Of a DNA stretch of 64,000 bases, positions 46,451 through 53,919 are shown piece by piece. The notes under the pieces are model-generated. The model was not told the origin of the DNA and did not search any database. It saw only the letters and a program-made list of their open reading frames with translations. Made by a program: the position numbers and the translations under genes. The first letter of the stretch is position 1. Every line of letters starts with the position of its first letter. The DNA comes from a virus. The DNA lies in IMG/VR virus record IMGVR_UViG_3300033388_000874, positions 639 through 64,638 of that record. One strand, written 5' to 3'.

Positions 46451-47521
46451 TTACATGCTCGAAAGCAAGTTAGCGTTCACGATGAGTGCCTTGTTCTCTT
46501 TAACCCACTTGGCAAAGTCCTGATTGTTCAGAACTTGGGGCTGACGTTTCAATGTTGCCTTGAGTCCAGCTACCTGAAATTCTTCTGGCATACGTTTCAG
46601 ATAATTGAACGCGGGTGCTGCCGTACCACCGTCGACACGATGCGCGATCATTTGCATAGTTGCGAACTGTGCATCGGGTCGATCAGTCTCAGGTAGTTTG
46701 CAGCCCTTCGGATCAGCTACGATTTCATCAAAGGTTGGCAGTTGCTCAACCACTCGCAGGAATGATGTAAACTCTGCTGCTGCACCTTCACCGATGTACC
46801 CTGCTGCTGCCTCAGTGAACAAGTCACTAGGTAGTTGCTCAATCAGGTAGGACATTTGCACGAACGAACGTGGTGTGCAGAATGGCCCGGCCTTCTCGGG
46901 TACTGTGTCTTGGAATACCAGACCGGGCTTGTGCTTCGCGAATGCAATCGCTGCCCAATGGATATCCCCTTTACGTTCGGCCCAGTCCACCCAACTATCC
47001 AAGTCAGGCGTAATGGTGATTAGCATACGTCTGTTGGTAACGAACATGAGTTCACGTTGCACACCCGAGCGATCCTTCTCTCGGTTAGATGCTGCGAGTA
47101 CCATGTACGTGATTGGAAGCCATGAGTCATTCACCCTACCTTTCAGTAGTAACTCTGCGGCTGGCTTTTGCACATCATGTGCTGATTGCCGAAACTCATC
47201 CAAGAAGATGAACCCATGATCGGGATCGCCAGATCGCGGCATCCACGGCGCACGTGTGTAGTTCATAATCTTATTGCCTTCCTCATCCGAACCCGGTAGT
47301 CCGAAGCCGCCCATGTCGGGTGCCTCCTTACTGTTGAGAAAGAAGTCTTTGTTGGCGAAGGGCAATTCCATTTCCTCGCCCAACTCAACTGCCAACTGAT
47401 CCACCATTTCTGACTTACCAAGTCCCGGCCCGGATTCCAACTCAATGGTGAATCGGTTTCCTGTCTTAACTTGCTGGTGGTACGTTGACTTAATCAACTG
47501 CTTTGCTTGCATGATATTCAT
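46451..47521 (-). CDS. MoxR-like AAA+ ATPase
   Basis: ATG at 47521 after GAGGAAA and palindromic motif copy 4 (track extends to 47563 through the motif); Walker A 'ESGPGLGKSE', Walker B 'FIFLDEF'. Confidence 0.65.
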   Translation of the reverse strand: MNIMQAKQLIKSTYHQQVKTGNRFTIELESGPGLGKSEMVDQLAVELGEEMELPFANKDFFLNSKEAPDMGGFGLPGSDEEGNKIMNYTRAPWMPRSGDPDHGFIFLDEFRQSAHDVQKPAAELLLKGRVNDSWLPITYMVLAASNREKDRSGVQRELMFVTNRRMLITITPDLDSWVDWAERKGDIHWAAIAFAKHKPGLVFQDTVPEKAGPFCTPRSFVQMSYLIEQLPSDLFTEAAAGYIGEGAAAEFTSFLRVVEQLPTFDEIVADPKGCKLPETDRPDAQFATMQMIAHRVDGGTAAPAFNYLKRMPEEFQVAGLKATLKRQPQVLNNQDFAKWVKENKALIVNANLLSSM

Positions 47522-47940
47522 ACTGTTTCCTCGTTTACAACGGTTGTAAGATCGACCATGCACACCGTATCTTCTGGTGCGCCAATGGCCGAATGATAAC
47601 GCTGATACTTATCAGCAAATGTGCTTCCCTGAATGATGTAAATCATGCCGGGAAAGTTCTCTTGTATACGTATCCAAGCTGCGCTCTCGATACACGTATC
47701 TTCATCCTCCATCGTTCGCAGTAATAGACAAATCCTATCCGTCACTTCACCTTCGTTACGCATGAAATACACCTGATGTTCTCCTTCGACAATCACGAAT
47801 CTCATGTTGGTATGTTCTAGTTGGTGGCGGGTTCCTTCACCGTAATGCAAGAACTCCCAATCACACTTGTCAACGGGTGCTGCAAAACATACGGTGCTAT
47901 TCTCGGGCTGATTAACCCTTTGGTCTGGGTACAGAATCAT
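47518..47940 (-). CDS. hypothetical protein
   Basis: ATG at 47940 preceded by AAAAGGAGG (track start 48036); C-terminus '...DLTTVVNEETV*' reads through motif copy 4; ATGA overlap with the MoxR start. Confidence 0.4.
   Translation of the reverse strand: MILYPDQRVNQPENSTVCFAAPVDKCDWEFLHYGEGTRHQLEHTNMRFVIVEGEHQVYFMRNEGEVTDRICLLLRTMEDEDTCIESAAWIRIQENFPGMIYIIQGSTFADKYQRYHSAIGAPEDTVCMVDLTTVVNEETV
47535..47549. repeat. palindromic motif copy 4
   Basis: followed on the minus strand by ACGAGGAAACAGT-ATG (MoxR start). Confidence 0.6.
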
Positions 47941-48047
47941 GCGACCTCCTTTTACGCTCAATCGATGCGTATGCGCGACGCTGCTTACGGTTAGTGGGAA
48001 AGTGTTTCTCATTCCCAATTGCGGATACGTCCCCAAAAAAGAAACGC

Positions 48048-48326
48048 CTAATCTTCTTCCAGAATTTCATTGACTACTCCGTGTTTTTCCGCTGTCTCAT
48101 CGAATCCAATGAGCGTAATGATTGGGAAGAATTCCCTGAACAGAAACAGGTGCGACATATAATTTGCACCCATGAGTCTCATAGCCTTAACTGCTAGGTT
48201 CCAGTCCTCCAAGTTGCCTAGCTGTTTGGCAAGGTCTTCTGCCGCTGCCATGATAAAAAAGATATTGCCATCTGGCCCGGTAACGTCCAGACACAACCCT
48301 AACTGCGAGTCTCTATACACGGCCAT
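48048..48326 (-). CDS. hypothetical small protein
   Basis: 92-aa ORF, same strand and tight spacing in the early operon. Confidence 0.35.
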   Translation of the reverse strand: MAVYRDSQLGLCLDVTGPDGNIFFIMAAAEDLAKQLGNLEDWNLAVKAMRLMGANYMSHLFLFREFFPIITLIGFDETAEKHGVVNEILEED

Positions 48327-48335
48327 GATAACGGC

Positions 48336-48620
48336 CTACGCGAACAATGCAGGGACTATGAATGCATCCTCCGCTATTTCGCAGTCAAGTATTCCCTCCG
48401 CGAGTACGGTAGCTGGCCCATCCTTCGACCAATGTGGCAACATCACCACGCGGAATCGTTGGAATTCCTCGTCATCCATCAATCGCTGAAACACCTGCGT
48501 CTGAACGCGGCCATTCCAACTAGCCGCCTCCACCTGCAAGCCCGAGTCTTTCGATCCACCGCGAGTAACTTGCTTACTTCCATTACCCTGTAGCGAACCA
48601 TAGAAAGTCATCTTACCCAT
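48336..48620 (-). CDS. hypothetical small protein
   Basis: 94-aa ORF. Confidence 0.35.
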   Translation of the reverse strand: MGKMTFYGSLQGNGSKQVTRGGSKDSGLQVEAASWNGRVQTQVFQRLMDDEEFQRFRVVMLPHWSKDGPATVLAEGILDCEIAEDAFIVPALFA

Positions 48621-48783
48621 TCTGTTCTCCTTCCAGTTTCATGCCCCAAACATCACGCCAGTACTCATCGTTGTATTCGATTTGCACTGGTTGTCGGGCG
48701 TTAGATTGTGGTTCCCACTCAAGTGTGTCGATGGTGGGGTCTGCCGTGTTGTAAGGGTCGGTTCCTTTTGTGTTGTCTGACAT
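48613..48783 (-). CDS. hypothetical small protein
   Basis: ATG at 48783 6 nt after AAGGAGA, directly downstream of motif copy 5 (track extends to 48843 through the motif). Confidence 0.35.
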   Translation of the reverse strand: MSDNTKGTDPYNTADPTIDTLEWEPQSNARQPVQIEYNDEYWRDVWGMKLEGEQNG

Positions 48784-48794
48784 TCCTGTCTCCT

Positions 48795-48809
48795 TTACAA
48801 CGGTTGTAA
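48795..48809. repeat. palindromic motif copy 5
   Basis: TAG stop, motif, AGGAGACAGGA, ATG. Confidence 0.6.
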
Positions 48810-49082
48810 CTATTTGATGCCGACTCCCATGCAGTCCCACCAAGCTAGGTTGGGTACATATGAATTAGAAGCAGCGTCCCATTCGCCGAGATCATGCGAC
48901 TCATTCAAGTGCGCACACTTCTGTACCAAAGTCTGTTGGGGTGTGGGGGGTGCGGTGATAACGCTTTCGCCCTTGGCTGTTTGGATCAGTGCTACCACGA
49001 TCACTATATATAGCAGCGCAAGGCATGATAGGGACAGAGCTACCAGTCCCAACTCCATTTGCCTACGTATGTTACGGCGCAT
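48810..49082 (-). CDS. small membrane protein
   Basis: 90 aa; 'LVALSLSCLALLYIVIVVALI' TM helix; stop TAG immediately followed by motif copy 5. Confidence 0.4.
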   Translation of the reverse strand: MRRNIRRQMELGLVALSLSCLALLYIVIVVALIQTAKGESVITAPPTPQQTLVQKCAHLNESHDLGEWDAASNSYVPNLAWWDCMGVGIK

Positions 49083-49362
49083 AGTTATTCTCCTGTGCCT
49101 CGATTAACTCCTGCAACTTCGTTGTGAAGCCCGGATCGTTAGTGGAAAAGATGATGCTTTTATTGAACATCGTCTCGCGGTTCTTCTGCCATGCGTAGGC
49201 AACTCGTTGTGCAGAGTCGGCGGGCAAGGGTGCGTTGTTCCGCATCCAATGATCGCCTATGTAACAGGTGTGTCCAATGAATTGGAGTGCTGCTTGCAAC
49301 TCATCGTATGCCTGCTCAACGTCCTGTGTGTCTACGCACATACGTACACTAAACTCAATCAT
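49072..49362 (-). CDS. hypothetical small protein
   Basis: 96-aa ORF. Confidence 0.35.
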   Translation of the reverse strand: MIEFSVRMCVDTQDVEQAYDELQAALQFIGHTCYIGDHWMRNNAPLPADSAQRVAYAWQKNRETMFNKSIIFSTNDPGFTTKLQELIEAQENNYAP

Positions 49363-49577
49363 GGTAGTTCCTTATGTCAGAGAAATGATTGCCAACACGA
49401 TTGTCATGGTGGCAAGGATGCGGCGGTTGTCCGGGTGTCCAGCCCGGATCGTGTATGCCAGAATGGTAAGAAAGAAAGCGCCAAAGAATGCGACGCTGGT
49501 GATAACGCTAAAGGTCACGGTGACGCCCATCTAACTGATCGCCGCCTGAATTTCAGGGGTCAATTCTCGTTCTTTAT

Positions 49578-49841
49578 TCATGAAGTCTCCTTAATCGTCC
49601 AATCGAGGCCGGGGTACTGTCTCTCAACCTCGTGCATGGCCTCCTTCGTAGCTTGTTGCTCGGTACGGTTCATAATTTTCCATCTACCAACTATGGCCTC
49701 GCCGTCGTAAACCTCAACACGCCAATTCATGCGCATGTCATCTGTGAACACAATTGTCACACGTGGATCAGCTTGAGACTCGTCGTCGTACTCGGCAGTT
49801 TTAACTGTTCTGCCAACAATATCGCTGATGAACTTCTTCAT
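49578..49841 (-). CDS. hypothetical small protein
   Basis: 87 aa; motif copy 6 then AAGGAGA, 6 nt, ATG. Confidence 0.4.
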   Translation of the reverse strand: MKKFISDIVGRTVKTAEYDDESQADPRVTIVFTDDMRMNWRVEVYDGEAIVGRWKIMNRTEQQATKEAMHEVERQYPGLDWTIKETS

Positions 49842-50152
49842 TCGTCTATCTCCTTTACAACGGTTGTAAGATATGCCTTGCCATCACTGTGATACCAAGA
49901 CATGAATCGAGCATAGAATCTGTGCCCAGCCCCATTACCTTTCGGGGGCGTGTTGCCTGTGATTGATTGCATCCACCACTCAATAACCTCCATTTTGTAT
50001 AGCGCGGCCTTTGCCCAATTCTCAGGCTCTGGCCCATGCACTAGGAGACACATGATATATTTAGGCTCACGCCGGGTGCGTTTTTGCTTTCGGGACTTTC
50101 GACTGGCGTTGCTTGGCATTCCAGTTCTCCTTGCACCAGTGCATGTACTCAC
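49838..50152 (-). CDS. hypothetical small protein
   Basis: 104 aa; C-terminus '...AYLTTVVKEIDE*' reads through motif copy 6; ATGA overlap. Confidence 0.35.
   Translation of the reverse strand: MSTCTGARRTGMPSNASRKSRKQKRTRREPKYIMCLLVHGPEPENWAKAALYKMEVIEWWMQSITGNTPPKGNGAGHRFYARFMSWYHSDGKAYLTTVVKEIDE
49855..49869. repeat. palindromic motif copy 6
   Basis: motif, AGGAGATAGACGA, ATG. Confidence 0.6.
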
Positions 50153-50366
50153 CGTATAGCCCCTGATGTGGGTTGTGTTCCAGTTCGCCCATCATGTCCT
50201 TGATGCGCATACCGTAGTTGACATTCTTCGCGACGTACCTTCGTTGTGCATCCAATCCAGCGTGTAAGATCGGGGGGATTGGGGGTTCGCCGAACATGAG
50301 TAGTAGCGTTACGAATAGAATCTCTGCATCTTCTACTCGGCCACCATTGTATTGCTTGTTGTTCAT
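50067..50366 (-). CDS. hypothetical small protein
   Basis: ATG at 50366 in ATGA overlap with the upstream stop (track extends to 50432). Confidence 0.3.
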   Translation of the reverse strand: MNNKQYNGGRVEDAEILFVTLLLMFGEPPIPPILHAGLDAQRRYVAKNVNYGMRIKDMMGELEHNPHQGLYGEYMHWCKENWNAKQRQSKVPKAKTHPA

Positions 50367-50908
50367 TGCATTTGCCTCGCATACGTGCGCGTGATAACGC
50401 CGTGTCGCTGTTCGTATTGCCACCTGTGCCAAGCGAAATAGAATTTGAGGAACTGTGCTGCCTGATTTCTAAACGTAGTGATCCCACGCTTAAGGCACCA
50501 CTCACGAACGTCTTGCTTCCAGAACATATGTTCCCTCTCAATCTCATCACCCAACGAATAGTTCCTGCCACGTCGGGCAAGCACGTATTCCTCCCAGCGC
50601 GGGAGTTCACCGAAGCGCACCATGCATTCAGTACATATGCTGTCTAATGCAGGGTAGGTGAACCCTTCCCGCCATTTGCTATACACATGATTCTTGCGAC
50701 GGACATATTTCTCTACTGCGTATCTCTCTTTCAGTGCCTTCTTCACGTTCTGCCCTCCATAACATCCGGTCAATACTTGTCGATAGGGCGTCGACTGCTG
50801 TGCGTAACGCATTCGATCCCGCTTTCCATCCATAGCGATCAACCAAGTAGCTGCTGACCACGCGATACCATTCGTTTGAATCACTCCACGGTGCGCATGG
50901 CCCTGCAA
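50363..50908 (-). CDS. hypothetical protein (start uncertain; conflicts with 50679..51050)
   Basis: 181-aa ORF (TTG start in track; first ATG at 50833); aromatic/basic composition typical of a globular protein. Confidence 0.3.
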   Translation of the reverse strand: MQGHAHRGVIQTNGIAWSAATWLIAMDGKRDRMRYAQQSTPYRQVLTGCYGGQNVKKALKERYAVEKYVRRKNHVYSKWREGFTYPALDSICTECMVRFGELPRWEEYVLARRGRNYSLGDEIEREHMFWKQDVREWCLKRGITTFRNQAAQFLKFYFAWHRWQYEQRHGVITRTYARQMQ

Positions 50909-50989
50909 CCAGCAAGACCTCCATCACTATGTCGGGAGAGTCCCGCTCTAGCAGTCTCCAAACTGCCGAGCGGTATTGCTCTCGGTTCA

Positions 50990-51277
50990 CTACTGTTGCC
51001 GCATGCGAGCGCGTGATAACGCTTCGTCGTAGGTAGCGCGGGATATACACTGCGCGCCGCTACGCCCGACTGATCTGTCCTCTATCCAGACGCCATTGTT
51101 TGATAGACATGATGCTTTCGCCTCACGTGCATCAAGCCTCGCATAGTGAGACTCCCACTGCGCGTCGGTATTCGGGGTTGTCGAACACCCAGACTCGGCG
51201 CTAAGTACGGCTATCGCCAAGACGATCATCAAGACCACTGTCCAGATACTTCTTTCGTCTTTCCTTTCCATTACCAT
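50990..51277 (-). CDS. secreted/membrane-anchored small protein
   Basis: 95 aa; 'WTVVLMIVLAIAVLSAESGCSTT' signal-peptide-like N-terminus. Confidence 0.4.
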   Translation of the reverse strand: MVMERKDERSIWTVVLMIVLAIAVLSAESGCSTTPNTDAQWESHYARLDAREAKASCLSNNGVWIEDRSVGRSGAQCISRATYDEALSRARMRQQ

Positions 51278-51504
51278 TCTCCTTCGTCTGATTCATATGT
51301 CTCAAACGCTAACTCGCTGACGCAAGTCCATCGCTCACCACCCACTGATTTCAACCTGCCGCCGCCATACTTCACAACCATAGCAGTCTGACCATCTGGA
51401 CAGACTATTCGGTTCGGCGTTGGCGAGAACGAGTTCTCACGTGTGTGGCTCGTATTTGCACAGCCTGCCATGATTAGCAGGCACAAGATCACAATCATCT
51501 TCAT
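51271..51504 (-). CDS. small lipoprotein
   Basis: ATG at 51504 after motif copy 7 + CAGGAG; 'MKMIVILCLLIMAGCANTSH' signal peptide with lipobox-like MAGC (track extends to 51642 through the motif). Confidence 0.45.
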   Translation of the reverse strand: MKMIVILCLLIMAGCANTSHTRENSFSPTPNRIVCPDGQTAMVVKYGGGRLKSVGGERWTCVSELAFETYESDEGEW

Positions 51505-51516
51505 TTCATACTCCTG

Positions 51517-51531
51517 TTTACAACGGTTGTA
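51517..51531. repeat. palindromic motif copy 7
   Basis: motif, ACAGGAGTATGAA, ATG (lipoprotein). Confidence 0.6.
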
Positions 51532-51559
51532 AGGTGTTGGGTTGTTAGGCGACGCAAGG

Positions 51560-51961
51560 CTACACCCATTCTCCATAGCGCCGCATTGAATGATACGCCG
51601 CACGTGATGCCGGTGTATCGTGTTTGGTAAGTACGTATGCAAGTGGCTTGTATAGCTCGGCCTCCAGCATCACCTGCCAAGGCATATGCTGACAGGTGAA
51701 ACCCTGCGCGCTCCCAAGCATCCAATCTTTGAGGTCTATAAGCTGCGATGATAACGGTGACTCTGCCTTGAGGCAGTAGTCTATGGCGTTAAGCAAGGCT
51801 ACCTTGAGCGCGAGGTATTTCTCATGCTGATGTGCTGCTCCACTAAAGGATATGTGGTAATAGCTGCTGATGTACTGCGAATGACCGGGATAAGACTGGT
51901 CTGTGTATCGCGGATGTAAGTCCGGGTTTGAAAGTTGCTGTTTGGAAGTTACGGTACTCAT
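51560..51961 (-). CDS. hypothetical protein
   Basis: 133 aa; motif copy 8 + CAGGAG upstream. Confidence 0.4.
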   Translation of the reverse strand: MSTVTSKQQLSNPDLHPRYTDQSYPGHSQYISSYYHISFSGAAHQHEKYLALKVALLNAIDYCLKAESPLSSQLIDLKDWMLGSAQGFTCQHMPWQVMLEAELYKPLAYVLTKHDTPASRAAYHSMRRYGEWV

Positions 51962-51978
51962 TACTTTGGTACTCCTGT

Positions 51979-51993
51979 TTACAACGGTTGTAA
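51979..51993. repeat. palindromic motif copy 8
   Basis: motif, ACAGGAGTACCAAAGTA, ATG. Confidence 0.6.
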
Positions 51994-52027
51994 GATTAAA
52001 GGTTTGAAATCGTGCGTGTCAAAGCTG

Positions 52028-52320
52028 TTTGGACAATCAGGCCAATCACTCGTATGGTTTGGTGAATGACTATCCTTTAGGATTAGATACTTACATGTGA
52101 ATGTCTGAATGTCCAGCGTTTTAAAATCAGGGACAAGTTAGGGAGTGGGGATGTTGGGTCGTTCGTAAAAACGCAAACATGTTCACTCTCAAGAAATCTC
52201 TATAAGGTTCTACCTTATATAAGTGAGACATTCAGACATTCATATATATATACACGTAATCTATAGGGTTTCCACTGTCAGACCACTGTCCGATTGTCCA
52301 AATCCGTTCTGGACATTCAC
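52028..52320. repeat. nested inverted repeats / iteron-like GACATTC repeats in a 500-bp non-coding region (candidate origin or control region)
   Basis: TTGGACAATC (52028-37) vs GATTGTCCAA (52291-300); GAATGTCTGAATGTC (52098-112) vs GACATTCAGACATTC (52226-240); third GACATTC at 52311-17; CATATATATATAC AT tract at 52240-52252; CCACTGTC x2 at 52271-89. Confidence 0.5.
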
Positions 52321-52500
52321 TTTAGTGCCTACAGTACGCGCTTATGATAACGGTTCTGCCTAAAGCCCCACATAATGACGTACTTTGAAAGTTGCTGTTT
52401 GGAACCTGACATACTGTGATCCTGTTGGGATTTGGGGTTCTCGCTACACGTGTAGGCAAATGAAAGCCGGGCGAACCCGGCAATCATTCTGTCCTGCATG

Positions 52501-53025
52501 TTACAGATTGTACTCGGCAACCAGTACGTTAAGCGCCTTGCGGAACTTAATGATCTTCTGGCTACGTGTTTCAATCAACTTGATCGCAGACAACGCACGT
52601 TCCAAAGCCTTTTCAGGACTTACAACGGTTGTAACTTTCTTGGCCTTGATCGACTTGATTACTGCGGCAACGGCATCCTTCCAACTTTCGTGCTTGGGTA
52701 ATGCGCGAGCCAACATCAAGACATGCGTACGGCGAAGCTCGCCGAAAGTCTTGCGGAACGCAGTGGTCGCTTCGCCGAAGTAATAAGGGTATGCAATCAA
52801 GCAAGCCTTAATCTCGGACTTCCGAGCGCCTTCCGAGCTAGTACCCTTCCACGGCGCGTCTGCGGCAACATCCGTCTGTACGTTAGCAATTTGCTCGGCA
52901 GTCATATCATCGCCACCAAAGGTTGCGGTGCATGCTTCCACTAAGCCTGACACCATCTGTTGCATGGTGATCGCAGTCTGTGAATCCAGCTTGCGAATGG
53001 AACTAACAATTGACTTGATACTCAT
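52501..53025 (-). CDS. first gene of the minus-strand early operon, hypothetical protein
   Basis: ATG at 53025 after motif copy 10 + GAGGAG (track extends to 53085); contains motif copy 9 in frame (KKVTTVVSPEK). Confidence 0.4.
   Translation of the reverse strand: MSIKSIVSSIRKLDSQTAITMQQMVSGLVEACTATFGGDDMTAEQIANVQTDVAADAPWKGTSSEGARKSEIKACLIAYPYYFGEATTAFRKTFGELRRTHVLMLARALPKHESWKDAVAAVIKSIKAKKVTTVVSPEKALERALSAIKLIETRSQKIIKFRKALNVLVAEYNL
52620..52634. repeat. palindromic motif copy 9 (inside ORF 52501..53025, in frame as TTVV)
   Basis: exact TTACAACGGTTGTAA. Confidence 0.6.
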
Positions 53026-53039
53026 GTGTCTAACTCCTC

Positions 53040-53054
53040 TTACAACGGTTGTAA
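53040..53054. repeat. palindromic motif copy 10
   Basis: motif, GAGGAGTTAGACAC, ATG of the first early gene. Confidence 0.6.
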
Positions 53055-53354
53055 GATTAGGTGGGCAGTGCGCCCGACCCTTCATAGTACGCGAGGATGG
53101 AAGCGTGTCGGGCCGAAGGGGGTGCGGTACCGGGCCGAGGGGGGCCGGGGGGCCAGCACCGTATTAGGTAGTTCATATACAACATCCCACTAATATAGCG
53201 TGTGCTTTTAACACCCATGTCTCATATCTTGTGCAATTGAGTGGGGAACTGCCCGAAGTATAAAGCATCCATATTTCCCTATACGGCAATACAACTGAGT
53301 ATTTAACCTTGTTTTATCCGGCCACAATTCAAGTTTCCCGGCCAAAAATACCCC

Positions 53355-53383
53355 TTGCCAAAACTGAGCTAGTGTGCGTTAAT
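53355..53383 (+). promoter_or_regulatory. sigma70-like promoter for the plus-strand operon
   Basis: TTGCCA, 17 nt, (TGc)GTTAAT with extended -10 TG; about 35 nt upstream of the 53421 start. Confidence 0.3.
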
Positions 53384-53420
53384 GCCCCACACCCCAACAA
53401 CTCACAATGGAGATCGATCA

Positions 53421-53669
53421 ATGAACGAACGCGAAGAACAGGTCATTACTAAAGAGGATGTCGGTACGCTCGACGTAGCCGATCTTGGTCTTGCTGACCT
53501 CGATGTCATCAACCCGGAAGCAGTCGTTGATCCCGCCCCAGTGACGGAAGACGAACTGGAAAAAGCAGATTCCGCCCCCGATCCAGCCCCTACGGATGTG
53601 GGGAGGACTCACAAGGACGCCCACAAGACATCCCGCCAAATCCGAAAAGCTAGGCAGCGTGGACGTTAG
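53421..53669 (+). CDS. hypothetical small acidic/basic protein
   Basis: ATG at 53421 9 nt after GGAG (track start 53382); acidic body, basic C-tail. Confidence 0.3.
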   Translation: MNEREEQVITKEDVGTLDVADLGLADLDVINPEAVVDPAPVTEDELEKADSAPDPAPTDVGRTHKDAHKTSRQIRKARQRGR

Positions 53670-53919
53670 AATAGAAAAATTCGGTGATAAAACCGAAGCC
53701 ATCCACTCCTGTGCGCAAGTAGCGCACCCGATCATCGGGTTCGTCGTTCAAGACGAGCAGGGGTGGTTGGCGCTCCCGCGTCGGGTCAGCGTACCGCCAT
53801 CGAAAGAGCGGAGCCGGTCTGACGCCATTGACTATGTGAGGAGATCGGCTTGAAGCACAAAACAGGGACTAAGGTGCTGTCCCGCGTCGAGGCCCGCGCT
53901 CCCACTTGGACTTGCAGAC

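Noticed and set aside
50149-50610. 153-aa minus-strand ORF
   Set aside because: It overlaps both 50067..50366 and 50363..50908. Those two are linked by an ATGA coupling junction. There is no RBS or motif support for this ORF.
50679-51050. 123-aa minus-strand ORF conflicting with 50363..50908
   Set aside because: It overlaps the 181-aa ORF by 230 nt. Only an internal-Met version (50679..50924) would be compatible with the upstream lipoprotein-like gene. I cannot decide between the two from sequence alone, so it is listed here rather than as a feature.
51501-51725. 74-aa ORF ending ...HLTTVVNRSMK
   Set aside because: It overlaps the longer, motif/RBS-supported gene 51560..51961 in another frame. 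It exists only because the palindrome is stop-free in that frame.
52000-52330. tRNA or CRISPR array in the 51994-52500 non-coding island
   Set aside because: The repeats are inverted and nested rather than regularly spaced direct repeats with unique spacers. No cloverleaf-compatible segment or T-loop consensus was found.
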